Below, piece by piece: positions 1-11,431 of a stretch of DNA of 64,000 bases (its first letter is position 1; every line of letters starts with the position of its first letter). Source of the stretch: Plasmodiophora brassicae (taxonomy: Eukaryota); NCBI GenBank assembly GCA_036867785.1, contig CP145412.1:372001-436000 (forward strand), given 5' to 3'. The position numbers and the translations under genes were made by a program. The notes under the pieces were generated by a model. That model made no database searches, had not been told where the DNA came from, and worked only from the letters and a program-made list of their open reading frames with translations.

Positions 1-1356
1 CTTCTTTGGGTGGATACCCAAGTCGTCCAACAGCCTCTCCCCTGGGATTATTTCCTTTTCAGGAATGTCCCATACAAGGCATCGGCGCCGGCGAGTGATC
101 AGTTCGCCTGCCGTCGTCGTCAGTCCCAGATCCAGTATCATCACATGGTAGGCTGTGTGCTTCGTTTCTCGGTCTACCAGACAGAACGTTTCCGGCTTCT
201 GGAGGTTCTCCATTGTTAACAATGGGTCCCGCTCCATTAGCTCGCGCGCTATGGTCAATGGCATCAGAACGTCAACCGATGTCGCTCCACTGTCCAGAAC
301 CCCAACGTAGTCTTCCTCATGTCCGTTTACACGAACGACTACTTGGTCCCCTGTCCTCTGCGCCCCCTCCGACACTCTTCCTACCACTGGAAGCCATGGG
401 TACTCTGACAAGTCGTCATCTTTATCAGATTTGGCCTTACGGGGTCCATCCCTTCCCGTTGGCCCCTTGCGGCGATCCTTCAGCAGGTCTGCGACCTGCT
501 TCTTGGTAGGCTTCTTCGGGCAACGAAACGCTGGATGTCCAACCTCGTCACAGTTGAAACATCGCAGGTCCTTCCGGTGTCGTTTCGTGTCCCGGCCTCC
601 ATCGCCTCCTTCATCCGTCTGCGCCCCTCGCTTCTTCGGGGTGGGTTTGACCTTTCCCTTCCCCTTGCCATCCTCACGTCCCGGCTCCATGTACAACATC
701 GTCTCCTCATACGATGCAGCCCGTTCCTTCAGCACCCGATAGAATTCCAAAGGGTCCTTCTGGAGATCGGTCTGGCGCTTCATGACGAGGGTCCGCATGA
801 GCGCTTGTAAACCGGATGGGCGCACAGCACCCAGTAGGTACTTGACCAGGTTCTTCCGTCCCTCGCGGGACGTGAAGAGGTCCTGCCACCCGTTGCGCGC
901 GACCAATTCCTCGTACTGCTGCACGAGGTTCACGACCCTTGCCGCTGGTGTGGTGATGGTCAGCTTCATCGCCAGCTTCCGCATCTCCCGGTCGATGTTC
1001 GCGTCCGTCGAGCGATCCTGCTCGAGATGCCTCTTCATCCAGTCCATCAGGTCGCTCTCCGTCACCCCCTCGGCGTCCTTGCCGAGTTCCCACTTGCAGA
1101 TCGCCCTGAGCAGACCGGGGTCGATCATACTCCTCACTGACCGCGGGATCTGGCCCTTGGCGTTCGGATCGTCCCGGAAGTGATTCCGATACGTCTTCAG
1201 CTCGGCCATGAACGTCGTGACGGCCTTGCGGTCCATGCTTTTCAAGGTCGGCGCCTTGTTCATCTGCAGGACGATCGTTGAGCCTTGCACGCTCTGTCCT
1301 TGTTGTCGATCATCGACGTCATCTTCCAGCAGCATCTCCTGCGCGGTGGCCACCAT
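1..1356 (-). CDS. Gypsy Gag-protease polyprotein, partial (absent from the ORF track because it runs off the window)
   Basis: Manual translation from ATG 1356: MVATAQEMLLEDD..., CCHC knuckle CFNCDEVGHPAFRC (~520-561), protease motif VGVLDSGAT (~283-306), ending LGIHPKK at position 1. All motifs fall in one frame. Confidence 0.85.
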   Translation of the reverse strand, partial: MVATAQEMLLEDDVDDRQQGQSVQGSTIVLQMNKAPTLKSMDRKAVTTFMAELKTYRNHFRDDPNAKGQIPRSVRSMIDPGLLRAICKWELGKDAEGVTESDLMDWMKRHLEQDRSTDANIDREMRKLAMKLTITTPAARVVNLVQQYEELVARNGWQDLFTSREGRKNLVKYLLGAVRPSGLQALMRTLVMKRQTDLQKDPLEFYRVLKERAASYEETMLYMEPGREDGKGKGKVKPTPKKRGAQTDEGGDGGRDTKRHRKDLRCFNCDEVGHPAFRCPKKPTKKQVADLLKDRRKGPTGRDGPRKAKSDKDDDLSEYPWLPVVGRVSEGAQRTGDQVVVRVNGHEEDYVGVLDSGATSVDVLMPLTIARELMERDPLLTMENLQKPETFCLVDRETKHTAYHVMILDLGLTTTAGELITRRRRCLVWDIPEKEIIPGERLLDDLGIHPKK

Positions 1357-1394
1357 CGCGTCCTTCTTTGAAACCTTCCCCGAAAGGATGTTCA

Positions 1395-1404
1395 AGAGAT
1401 CTCT
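1395..1404 (-). promoter_or_regulatory. Palindrome AGAGATCTCT at the PBS position of G0
   Basis: Perfect 10-bp palindrome overlapping the last base of the 5' LTR; no TGG-type PBS. Confidence 0.75.
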
Positions 1405-2303
1405 GTGACGTCCCAACGGTGATGGTATATCAGCCGTGTAGTATAATCGTCTGTGTCCCCGACCTGCAGCTCCCACGGACGCCGTGCGGACTCCGTGCGC
1501 ACTCCGTGCATGTCCGTCATTCTTAGGGCGGCCTAGCCGGATCACAGCTATTCTTGTCTTATAGCTTGGAGCCGGCACAGAACCGACAACGTGGCACACT
1601 TGTAACCAAGACGAAGGAGCTTAACCGGGAAGAATACGTCCGTCTCCTTGTAGAAGAGGTCATTCCGGCTGTGAAGGAGAAGTGGCCGGCGGGAACGAAG
1701 TCACAGGCCATCTTCATCCAGCAAGACAATGCACGGCCTCATGCAAAGGTCGACGACGCTGCGGTTTATGCAGCTGGTCACTCGGACGGGTTCAACATCA
1801 ACTTGATGTGTCAACCCCCGAATAGCCCAGACTTTAACGTCTTAGACTTGGGTATCTTTGCTGCCTTGCAGGCCGAGCAGCTGCGGCAAGCCCCCAGAAC
1901 CATCGACGACCTGATCCATGTTGTCGTGGAAACGTACAACAACTACAATCCGGGCAAGATCAACGAGTGCTTTCTCTCTTGGCAGATGTCACTTCGTGAA
2001 GCAATCAAGGTGGGTGGGGCAAACACCTTCAAGCAGCTGAGAAGGACAATAATGAAGTGGATGTATTACGTACGGCGTGTGCGGCGGACGTTACAGTGGC
2101 GACGTAGTCGCCGACGGTGTAACGGTTGCCAACGCCGGCGGGCACGGAGTCGCGGAGTGCGTGACGGCGTTCACGTGCTGCAGGCATGTGCTGCTGGTCG
2201 TAGTGGATACGTTGTTCGACACGCCCCCTCCGTAAGCATCCACCGCAGTAGCCGAACTGCTGACGGTGTTAACAGGCACCTACGTTGCGCAACACCTTCC
2301 AAA

Positions 2304-3998
2304 CTGTTCGCTAAGAAGAAGGATGGATCGTTGCGTTTTTGCGTCGACTATCGCGGGCTGAACGCCGTAACGATCAAAAACCGGTATCCCGTTCCTCTCG
2401 TCGACCAGAGCCTTGCCCAACTAAGCTCGGCCAAGATATTCACCAAGATCGATCTCCGCTCGGCCTACCATCAAGTCCGGATCCGGGAAGGCGACGAATG
2501 GAAAACCGCGTTTCGCACACCGTTTGGACTCTTCGAGTACTTGGTGATGCCGTTCGGGCTGGCCAATGGACCCGCCGCATTCCAAGGGTTCATGAACGAC
2601 CTGTTCCGGGACTACTTGGACGTATTCGTCCTCGTGTACCTCGACGACATCTTGATATTTTCTCGCAATCCGGAGGACCATGAACGCCACGTTCGCCTCG
2701 TCCTGGAACGTCTCCGCGAGGCGAAGCTCTTTGGAAAGCTCAGCAAGTGCGCCTTCGACGCTTCCGAGGTCGAGTTCCTCGGCTACGTCATTTCTCACAA
2801 CGGCGTCCGAATAGACCAGGCCCGAATCGACACGATCCTAGCTTGGGAGCCGCCCGGCGATGCGCACGCTGTCCGAGTTTTCCTGGGGTTTGCCAACTTC
2901 TACCGCAAGTTCATCGCGCACTATGGAGAGATTGTCTTGCCACTCACCGACCTCACGAAGGACAACGTGGACTTTCACTGGGGAGCTGAAGAAGATGCCG
3001 CATTCCGCACCTTGAAAGCCGCGTTCACGTCTCCTCCGATCCTGACGCACTTCAATCCCGACCGGCCGTGCGAAGTCGAGACGGACGCATCCGACTTCGC
3101 CCTCGCCATGGTACTGTCGCAGCGCGACGACGACGGCGAACTGCACCCGATTGCGTTCTACTCGAGGAAGTTGACCCCGGAAGAGATTAACTACAAGATG
3201 CACGATAAGGAGCTACTACCGATCGTGGAAGGCTTCCAGAAATGGCGCCAGTTCCTGGACTCGCGCAGCACCAGACGCTCGTCTACAGCGACCACAGGAA
3301 CCTGCAATGGTTTCTCAGCAGCCAAAAGTTGTCGAGACGACAAGTTCGCTGGGCGCAACTCTTGGGCGAATTCGACTTCCGCATCGCCCATCGTCCGGGA
3401 CGCCTTCACGGCAAACCGGACGCATTGACGCGTCGACCAGAGTACCGGCCAACGAAGGCGGAGGCCGATGCAGCCCAGCAAGCAACCCAAGTATTGACGG
3501 CAGCTCACTTCATCACCACTGATTCCCCCGTTACCAACCACGTTCTTAACTTGATTGGCGAACCGCGCAGCACCGAGAGCTTGTGGGCCCGCATCCGAAC
3601 TAACCAAGCAACGGACCCCTTTGTTCAGAAGGTACTCGCACGCTTAGCCGCCCCGACACCACGGAACCGTCGCTTCCGCCAGGCCGACGGCATCCTCTAC
3701 CGGGACGATCGCGTGGTGGTCTCCGGCGACGATTGCAAGTTGGAAATCCTGAAATCGCTGCACGACGCGCAGACAGCTGGACACTTCGGCCTCGGAAAGA
3801 CGCTGCACCTCGTGCTCCGCGAGTTCTGGTGGCCAGGCCTCCGCGACTACGTCAAGCACTACATCAAATCGTGCGACGTCTGCTGCCGGTCGAAAACGCC
3901 ACGCCACAAACCGTCGGGACTTCTGATGCCACTTCCCCTTCCAACTCAGCTGTGGTCGTCAATCTCCATGGACTTCATCGTGAAGCTACCAACGTCGC
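2304..3998 (+). pseudogene. Ty3/Gypsy pol fragment (RT-RNaseH-integrase zinc finger, Tf1/sushi-like), one frameshift near 3260, no LTRs of its own
   Basis: LFAKKKDGSLRFCVDYRGLN, YLDDILIFS, VETDASDFA, YSDHRNL, HDAQTAGH...CDVC, SISMDFIVKLP; truncated at both ends. Confidence 0.92.
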
Positions 3999-6473
3999 AA
4001 AGCCGAATGTGAACGAGGTCTCCAGGAACTCGGCAGTCGTGCTCTCGAACGTGTCTTCCCGGTCCACGTCGTAGAACCGCCAAGCCTTCATGCCGGGCGT
4101 GAAACCGATAAACACAGCGCGAACACGACGAGGCTCCAACTTGCTCGGCTTCTTCGTGGCTGGATGCGGTCGCATGGCATAGGCATCGCAACCGTAGACA
4201 CGAAGGGCCGAGATGTTAGGTAGGGCGCGACGAGCAGCCTCGAACGATGTGCGACGCCCGGGAAGGACTGATCTCGGGTGGATGTTGTACAGTATCGCAG
4301 AGTAGGACAGCGACCAGGGCCACGTGGAGTCAGGCATGCGAGAGTGGCACCGGATTGAGCTTTCGATACCGCAGAGCGTGTGGTTGACGCTTTCAGCGCG
4401 GCCGTTCTGCTCGGGCGTGTACGGGACAGATTTGCGGTGCAGGATGCCGGACTCGTTGTAGAACAGGACGCACGCCTTGGAGTTGTACTCGCCGCCACCG
4501 TCGGTCTGGAACGTCCGGATACCACGTCCTTCCTGGTTGCGAAGACGCGCGTCATAGTGCTTGATGACGTCGAGCGCCTCCGATTTGCGACGTAGCAGAT
4601 AGACGGACAGGTACCGAGAGGAATCGTCAAGCATGGTCTGGTAGTACTCAAAGCCGCCGACACCGACGACAGGCCACCGTCCGGACAGATCGCTATGGAC
4701 GAGATCGCCAACACGACGCGCGCGCGACGTACTGGGAGGGAATGATGACCGTTTGCCCTTGGCGAGTAAACATGCAGCGCATGGACATCGATCTTGCGGC
4801 CTCGGGATTGGCCCGTCGAACTTCATGCCACGACAACGTTTGTGCAGGATGCGCAGGTTGCCGTAACCCAGGTGGCCGGTTCGAGCGTGCCAGACAGCTG
4901 GAGCTGCGGCGGTGACCTTAGCGACGCGGCATGAGACGCTGGATGCGATCAAGGAGCAGACTCGGGCAGAGTGAAGTGTGCCGGGCGCGGAGGTTGGAGC
5001 GGATAATGGAATCCGGTACAGGTTATCGTGTCCTCGTTGACTGACGGCCACTGGCTGACCGACGGGCGCCGTCCAGTTGGCCCCCGAGTAGATCTTCGCG
5101 GTATCGCCGTCGAACACGATCTTGTGACCTGATCTGGTGAGCTGGCCAACTGATACTAGCGCTTGGCCAAGTCGGGGAACGTGCAGCGAATCGATACTCG
5201 TCGCCTGGACATCCATGCCGAATGACGTCACGCCTCGACCGGAAGTGGTCGTACGCGACAGATCGGCTAGCTCAACTTCCGGTCCGGTGCCTTGGCGATA
5301 GCAGCTGAGATGTCGGCGCAGGGGCGTCATCGTCGTGGAACACGCTGAGTCCAGTAGGCCTACTGAGTTCGCGTACACGTCGATGGCGTGGCGTGCCGAC
5401 AAAGCACGCATCGGCTCGGGCGCCGGATCGATCGGATGAGCGCCAGACGTTGGATACTCGTTGGACGTTGGTGAGGATGTATTGCTTTTCGCGTTGCTGT
5501 CGCGGTACCAGATGTGTCGTTGCAGCGTGCATTCGCCGTTAGTGTGCTTGGATCCGGGATGGAAGACGCAGGACTCGTTGCGTCGTGGTCCACGGGGACG
5601 CGTCGATGTGGCGCAACTGGAGCGGTTGGCCGTTTGGAACGCGTCGTGTCGGTCCCGCACGTCTTGGACCCTGATCTCCTCGCTTGTCAACGACCCGACG
5701 ACCTCGGAGACACTGGGCAGCGTGTCCAGAGCACGATTGTGCAGGCCAGCGACGACGGCGTCGAGATCGGATGATGCGTTGGCCAAGATGAGGACGGCGA
5801 CCAATGCGTCGGTGAGGGACAGCATCTCGGTCGGTACCGTCGACCGGACGCGATGAGCCGCTGCTTGAACTCGGGCGGCGTACGTGGCGACCGACTCGCC
5901 GGGCATGTGCTGGACCGTGACGAGGTCGCGGACGGCGCGCACGACCGATGCCAGGGACGACGGGCTGTACGCCTGGAACAGCACGCGCCAGCACTTGGCA
6001 GCCGAGCCTGCCTGAAACAAAGACAATGCGGACGCGATCTTGTGGTCCAGCATGTGGACGAGTAGAATCTCGCGCGCGGCTGCCTCGAGAGCTGGGTCGT
6101 GTGCCGTACCGGTTGTCGCAGTCGGCGAGCCATCTTCGTTGATCCCGATGACGTCCGCGTACCCACGATTGCGAAACCAGAGTGCAGCTGTCTGAACCCA
6201 GGACGTGAACGAGTCGGGAGTACCGTCGAACTTGGGCATGGGCAGTCGGCCTGCGTCGCTTCGGCTGTGCGCCTCGGCGATGATCGGCATGGCCGGGGTC
6301 GATGGACAGCTGGTCGGACGCGCCAGCTGCTGCTGCAGGACACGGAGACGGTCGATCTTCTCCTGCCTGGCGATCGTTGCCTCCGCTTCGGCAATTCGGG
6401 TGTCGATCTCCTCGAGCGACAGATGACGCAGCGGGTCGTCATCCGTGTTAGGCGTCGCCTGGCGCTCGGCCAT
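3975..6473 (-). CDS. Copia A Gag-protease-integrase (832 aa, open, no RT/RNaseH)
   Basis: LLDSACSTTM protease, WHARTGH...CAAC, VHSDLSG/FQTDGGGEY/QNGRAE integrase core. Collinear with 27419-32461 up to FTFGF, then terminates in Gypsy-derived sequence. Confidence 0.9.
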   Translation of the reverse strand: MAERQATPNTDDDPLRHLSLEEIDTRIAEAEATIARQEKIDRLRVLQQQLARPTSCPSTPAMPIIAEAHSRSDAGRLPMPKFDGTPDSFTSWVQTAALWFRNRGYADVIGINEDGSPTATTGTAHDPALEAAAREILLVHMLDHKIASALSLFQAGSAAKCWRVLFQAYSPSSLASVVRAVRDLVTVQHMPGESVATYAARVQAAAHRVRSTVPTEMLSLTDALVAVLILANASSDLDAVVAGLHNRALDTLPSVSEVVGSLTSEEIRVQDVRDRHDAFQTANRSSCATSTRPRGPRRNESCVFHPGSKHTNGECTLQRHIWYRDSNAKSNTSSPTSNEYPTSGAHPIDPAPEPMRALSARHAIDVYANSVGLLDSACSTTMTPLRRHLSCYRQGTGPEVELADLSRTTTSGRGVTSFGMDVQATSIDSLHVPRLGQALVSVGQLTRSGHKIVFDGDTAKIYSGANWTAPVGQPVAVSQRGHDNLYRIPLSAPTSAPGTLHSARVCSLIASSVSCRVAKVTAAAPAVWHARTGHLGYGNLRILHKRCRGMKFDGPIPRPQDRCPCAACLLAKGKRSSFPPSTSRARRVGDLVHSDLSGRWPVVGVGGFEYYQTMLDDSSRYLSVYLLRRKSEALDVIKHYDARLRNQEGRGIRTFQTDGGGEYNSKACVLFYNESGILHRKSVPYTPEQNGRAESVNHTLCGIESSIRCHSRMPDSTWPWSLSYSAILYNIHPRSVLPGRRTSFEAARRALPNISALRVYGCDAYAMRPHPATKKPSKLEPRRVRAVFIGFTPGMKAWRFYDVDREDTFESTTAEFLETSFTFGFATLVASR

Positions 6474-6502
6474 GGCGAGTAGAGGCTCAGCGCCTGCGCC
6501 TA

Positions 6503-6516
6503 TACGACTGTTAATC
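6503..6516 (-). promoter_or_regulatory. Copia A PBS GATTAACAGTCGTA (complementary to a tRNA-Asn GTT anticodon arm)
   Basis: Abuts the 5' LTR; identical 14-mer at 11709-11722 and 27378-27391. Confidence 0.8.
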
Positions 6517-7140
6517 TGAGAAGGACAATAATGAAGTGGATGTATTACGTACGGCGTGTGCGGCGGACGTTACAGTGGCGACGTAGTCGCCGACGGTGTA
6601 ACGGTTGCCAACGCCGGCGGGCACGGAGTCGCGGAGTGCGTGACGGCGTTCACGTGCTGCAGGCATGTGCTGCTGGTCGTAGTGGATACGTTGTTCGACA
6701 GCAGCCACACTTAGGCAAGCAACGCCTCCAGCGACAAGGATGCCTCCCAGTGTCCATTGCCTGTGATGGGGAAGCTGTTCGTGCAGCGAGGGCCGTTCTA
6801 GAGGCTCATGTTGTGGAGTAAATGCATTGGAACTCGTTACCTACCAATCATTCTCGGACATCTATTTTTAGAAACCGGACAATCATTCCCGGACGGAGGG
6901 AGTATTCAATTTGCTATCAAACCTCACTGTGCAATCGGTACGCCGTCCGACACTTCGCCCGGCGGCCCGAACCGACGTTAGGATGCGTCGCGGTTTTTAA
7001 CACACCAGTGCGGCTTAATTACGGCCTGGACCGATCTAATTACGTAATTACTGTAATTAATGCTATAATTACAGTAATTACTTTAATTAATTACTCGGAC
7101 AGTGTAGCGGTTTACCTCCGTCATGAAGGCTGTGGCATAT

Positions 7141-8121
7141 CCCGCCGATTGTCTAGTACACAGAGACATTTTTGCGTAGCCTAAAATAGATGCAGCATGG
7201 CGCTCTAGTACACTCTAGTGTACTAGAGCAGTGTACTAGAGCGCCGTTTCGCGACAGTTTCCTGAAGCCTGCCTCACCAAGAAACTTTGGACTAATCGTG
7301 TCATTTATGGCCCGCTGGGTAGAGCACGTCGCAAAATACCACCCACAAATTTATGGCGGTTCCTCGACCTGTGCATCGCTGCTGGAGAGTCGTCACCAGG
7401 AACAGCATCTCGCCCATGGCAGCAAGACGCTGTGGAACGAGCGGAACGGCCACTCGAGGTCGTGGACGCGGTCGTGGACGTGGTAGAGGTTCCAGTAGAA
7501 TCGTCAGCTCGGGTCGCAGCAACAGATCGGAGGCCATAGCCGCGAAGGACCCCACGGATGGGTGGAAGGTGGTCAGTCATCCAGACGGCATGTTGTCGTC
7601 GGTCATGATGGAAGACCAGTGAATTCCATGCTTCTCAGAAAGGGCTCGTCTATACTTTCATGTGGTGGGTTCGCATGGACCTACGTGCTCGCAGCTTGGT
7701 AGTTGATATGAACGCCGACAGGTATGCCAGCGTACGTATCGAAGCCGAGCTGTAGGAGAAGTCAGGACGTCGCCGTAGTCGGCCTCCGAACAAGCAGCTC
7801 GTGTTAACATTGAACTCGATTCATGTCCTTGTTTCGGTCCGTTTGTTGAGGAGTTAAGCGACGAATGCCGCTGAGGCTCTAGTACACTATAGTGTACTAG
7901 AGGCTATTTTGATAGGGGATGACGGGAAAAATTTGCTCAACTTGGCAACGTTGTTCCTCGCCAACTAGGTGGCCGAATTTTACACAACTTTCAGCTCCCA
8001 ATCCAGAATGGCGTAACCAGTGTATCACAATGCCAATGACTTAATAATATGTCCTTGCTAAAGTTTTACGTCCAGTCAAACCTATAGTACACTATAGTGT
8101 ACTAGTCCACGGATCGCGGGG
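7141..8121. mobile_element. Non-autonomous DNA transposon with CCC...GGG ends and ATAT TSD (piggyBac-like), containing internal palindromes
   Basis: ATAT at 7137-7140 and 8122-8125; imperfect TIRs CCCGCCGAT / CCCCGCGAT each followed by CTAGTACAC; palindromes at 7202-7229, 7877-7902 and 8085-8104. Confidence 0.55.
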
Positions 8122-8174
8122 ATATTATACGACTCCGTTTCATCTGAAGAGTCCGATCCCACGGCTAACTTTTA

Positions 8175-11100
8175 GCCTCCGGTTCCCGTCGAGATCAGTC
8201 TGGGCGATGAAAGGAAGATCAAAGCAATGGGCAAGGGCAAGATCCACGTTCAGGCACTGAACGGATCGATGATCAAGTTGACGAAAGTGCTGTATGTGTC
8301 GCACGTCAAGACTGGACTGTTCTCAATCAGCGCTGCTTGCGATGCGGGCGCTGAGGGGGTTGTGTTCACGAAGGATCACTGCCGGATGAAGCTGAACGGA
8401 GATGTCATCGACATCGGGAAGCGGCTGGGCAAGCTCTACCAGATCAAATTGCCGGTCCTGGAGTCGGCGAAGGTGGCAGTCGTGTCGACGGAGGTGTGGC
8501 ACGCAAGGCGGGGCCACGTGAACTTCGCGACGTTGCGGGAGGATGCCCAGAACAAGACGGTTCAAGGCATGAGCATCAAGGACGACGATCCGAGCGCGTG
8601 CGAGTCGTGCCAGCAAGGCAAGGCGGCGAAGCTTCCGATGCCGGATCATGCAACAAGGCGGGCGACTCAGATCAAAGCGTTGGTACACTCGGACGTTATC
8701 GGTCCGATGCCTGTCGAATCCAAGAGCGGAAAGAGGTATGTCCTGACATTCATCGATGAATGGTCGCGATATACGACAGTGTATTTCCTACGGAAGAAGT
8801 CGGAGGTGTTCGGCAAGTTCAAAGAGTACAAGGTGTACATGGAGACGCAGTATGACCACCGCGTCAAGTGCCTACGAAGCGACAACGGTGGTGAGTACAC
8901 AAGCAAGGAGTTCGAGGACTACCTTCGCAGCGCCGGAATCAAGCACGAAAAGAGCATCCCGCGCAGACAGGCGCAGAACGGCGTCGCAGAACGGATGGGA
9001 CGAACGCTGCTGGAGATGGCAAGGACGATCCTTCACCACGCAAGCATGGCCAAGTCGTGGTGGGCTGAGGCGGTGAACACGTCGTGTTACTTACGGAACC
9101 GCAGCAGCAGCAGGGCTCTGGACGTCGGAGTGACCCCGTACGAGAAGGTGCACAATGCCAAGCCGGACGTGGCACACCTGCGGACGTGGGGTTGCAGGGC
9201 CATGTATAAGGACGACAAGGCCAGGAAGCTGGACTCGAAGGCGCGCAGAGGCATCTTCGTCGGATACCCGGAAGCGACCAAAGGGTACCGAGTCTACGAC
9301 CCAGTGCTGTCCAAGGTCGCTATAACAAGAGACGTCGTGTTCTACGAAGACCAATTCGGCGGCGATGATGATGACGAAGTTCCAGATCTGATGTCGGAAT
9401 CGGAGGATGATCAGGATGGTACCGGTGGTGAGGAGCAGGAGGAGACCCAGGAACGACGTTCGGAACGAGAACGGAAGGCGCCTGTCCGGTATGGGCTCGA
9501 CGAGTATGCCGGGATGGCGGTCGAGGAAATACTCCTGATGGCCCAAGGAGATCCGAGGACGAGGCGGGAGGCGCTAGAGTCGGCGAATGCACAAGAGTGG
9601 CAAGTCGCGATCGATGACGAGCTGCGATCTCTGAACAAGAACCAGACCTGGGAGCTGTGCCCAAGACCAGCTGATCGAAAGGTCATCGTCGGCCGCTGGG
9701 TGTTCAAACTCAAGAGGGACCAGGACGGCAACCCATCGCGGTACAAGGCTCGTTACGTCGCACGGGGGTTCACTCAGGTCCCGGGGACGGATTTCATGGA
9801 CACGTACGCGCCGGTGGCATCTACGACGATGCAGAGGGCTATGTTGTCAATGGCTGCCGTGAACGACTAGAGATCTATCAGCTCGATATTGAAACGAGTT
9901 TCCAACATCAAGGCGTGCGCGAGGAGCTCTACATTGAATTGCCAGAAGGGTACATCTTCCCAGAAGAGACAAGCCAGAAGACACACTGCGGGAGGCTACA
10001 AAAGGCGCTGTACGGGCTCAAGCAGGCGGCGTTCGAGCTTGATCGAAAGATTCGAGACGTCCTGACGAAGGCGAGGTACACCTTCAGCAGAGAGGATCCG
10101 TGCGTATTCTATCGTGTGCACAAGGGCAACTATCTGGTCTGCACAATTCATATCGACGACTTGTGCGTGGCGACGACGGTAAGGCTGATGTTCGAGGAGT
10201 TGAAGCAAGCGCTGGAAAGGAGTTTCCTGTCAAGGATCTAGGCGATGTCAACTTCCTGCTAGGTTGCAAGATCGAACGAGACCGGAAGCGAATGACATTG
10301 GCATTGAGCCAAGAGGCGTACGCGAAGCGAGCCGTGGAGCGCTTCAACATGCACGATGCAAAACCGATCGCTACTCCAAGCTCGACCTCGATGCAGCTAA
10401 AGAAGGGGCCAGCGGTCGACAGCGGGTTCCCGTACCGTGAGGCCGTCAGGACGTTGATGTATTTGGCGGTCATGACGCGGCCGGACATCATGGAGGCGGT
10501 CAGCGCTGTCGCTAGGTTTGTCGAATGCCCGACCGCAGAACACGTAACCGCTGTAAAGCGCATTCTGCGGTACGTCAAGGGGACGATCGAGCACGGGATC
10601 CTGTTCGGAAGAGAGAACGGTCTACGAGTGTATGTTGACGCGACGTGGGCGCAAGACCCTGAGCAGGTCGGTCTCGGGCATGCTGATACTGCTGAACGGA
10701 GGAGCGGTGGCGTACTTCTCCCGACGCCAGAAGTGCGTCGCACTGTCGTCGACCGAGGCCGAGTACGTGGCGGCTTCTGAAGCAGCAAAAGTGGCGGTGT
10801 GGCTCAAAAGGGTACTCCATGAGCTGCCGGGGTTTACCATGGGGGATGGACCGTTGACCGTCTACGAGGACAACCAGGGATGCCTGGCGATGATCGCATC
10901 CCCTACCTCGAGTCGGCGGACCAAGCACATTGACGTCCGCTACCATTACCTACGCGAACTGGTGAGAGACGAGATCCTCAAATTCGAATATGTTCCGACG
11001 GAAGAGATGCTGGCGGACATGATGACGAAGCCAATCCCGCGCGACAAGCACGAGTCGCACCGGACGAAGATCGGCGTCGTCGGCTGTCGAGGAGGAGTGT

Positions 11101-11314
11101 GGGTTATGTGCGACACGCTCGACGACGGCCGGAAGCGTGACGTGGCACAGCCACGTGCGCAACGCTATGAATAGTATGGCTTGGGTGGGAGATCTGTTGG
11201 AAACTGCGGAGCACCTGCGGCACGCCCGCCTACACCGTACGGACTGCGGAAATAAAAATCATTCACCAAGATGACCGATAGTCAACGCGTTCAACGTACA
11301 CCCAACCAACAACA
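8175..11314 (+). mobile_element. 5'-truncated, degenerate Ty1/Copia of a separate family (PR remnant, INT, RT, RNaseH, 3' LTR ~11098-11314)
   Basis: ORF 8227-9870 (VHSDVIGP, LRSDNGGEY, YKARYVARGFTQ); stop at 9868 and frameshifts through RT (HIDD) and RNaseH (SSTEAEY, TKHIDVRYH); PPT GAGGAGGAG then TGTGGG...AACA. No 5' LTR or gag seen. Confidence 0.9.
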
Positions 11315-11431
11315 GGTGCAGTTGATGACCTACCCAATTCGGACAGCGAGGGAGACGGCGAATGATTAATATATCTGCTACCTGATTTATCAAGAATACA
11401 GCAACATGTCTTCTTGCCATATGTTTTGTGG

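Larger units (their letters stand above)
1..1546 (-). mobile_element. Ty3/Gypsy LTR retrotransposon G0, 5' part (continues off the left edge), inserted in a mariner transposase
   Basis: LTR-like segment 1404-1546 with TGTGA...TCACA termini, followed on the minus strand by a gag-protease ORF. The second LTR and TSD lie outside the window. Confidence 0.85.
2038..6700 (-). mobile_element. Ty1/Copia element A, RT-less chimera carrying an antisense Gypsy pol fragment
   Basis: 184-bp LTRs 6517-6700 and 2038-2221, identical by eye; TSD GCAGC (2033-2037/6701-6705); PBS 6503-6516; PPT GGAGGGGGCG next to the 3' LTR. Confidence 0.95.
1547..6902 (+). mobile_element. DD39D (plant-mariner/Stowaway-type) transposon, 3' part; transposase split by Copia A (pieces ~1565-2037 and 6706-6821)
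   Basis: QQDNARPH...QPPNSPDFNVLD with 39 residues between the last two Asp. Removing 2038-6705 restores NTFKQPHLGKQRLQRQGCLPVSIAC. Right TIR reads CTCCCTCCGTCC on the minus strand, ends at 6902 and is followed by TA. Confidence 0.9.

Noticed and set aside
1554-3428. 624-aa ORF appearing to fuse a mariner transposase to a reverse transcriptase
   Set aside because: It crosses the GCAGC TSD and a reversed LTR. It is chance read-through of three separate elements and lacks the transposase N-terminus.
4088-6482. Many overlapping alternate-frame ORFs here and across the window
   Set aside because: Shadow ORFs expected in GC-rich coding DNA; no recognisable domains.
6503-6516. tRNA-Asn gene
   Set aside because: Only 14 nt match the anticodon arm; no acceptor stem or T arm. 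It is a PBS.
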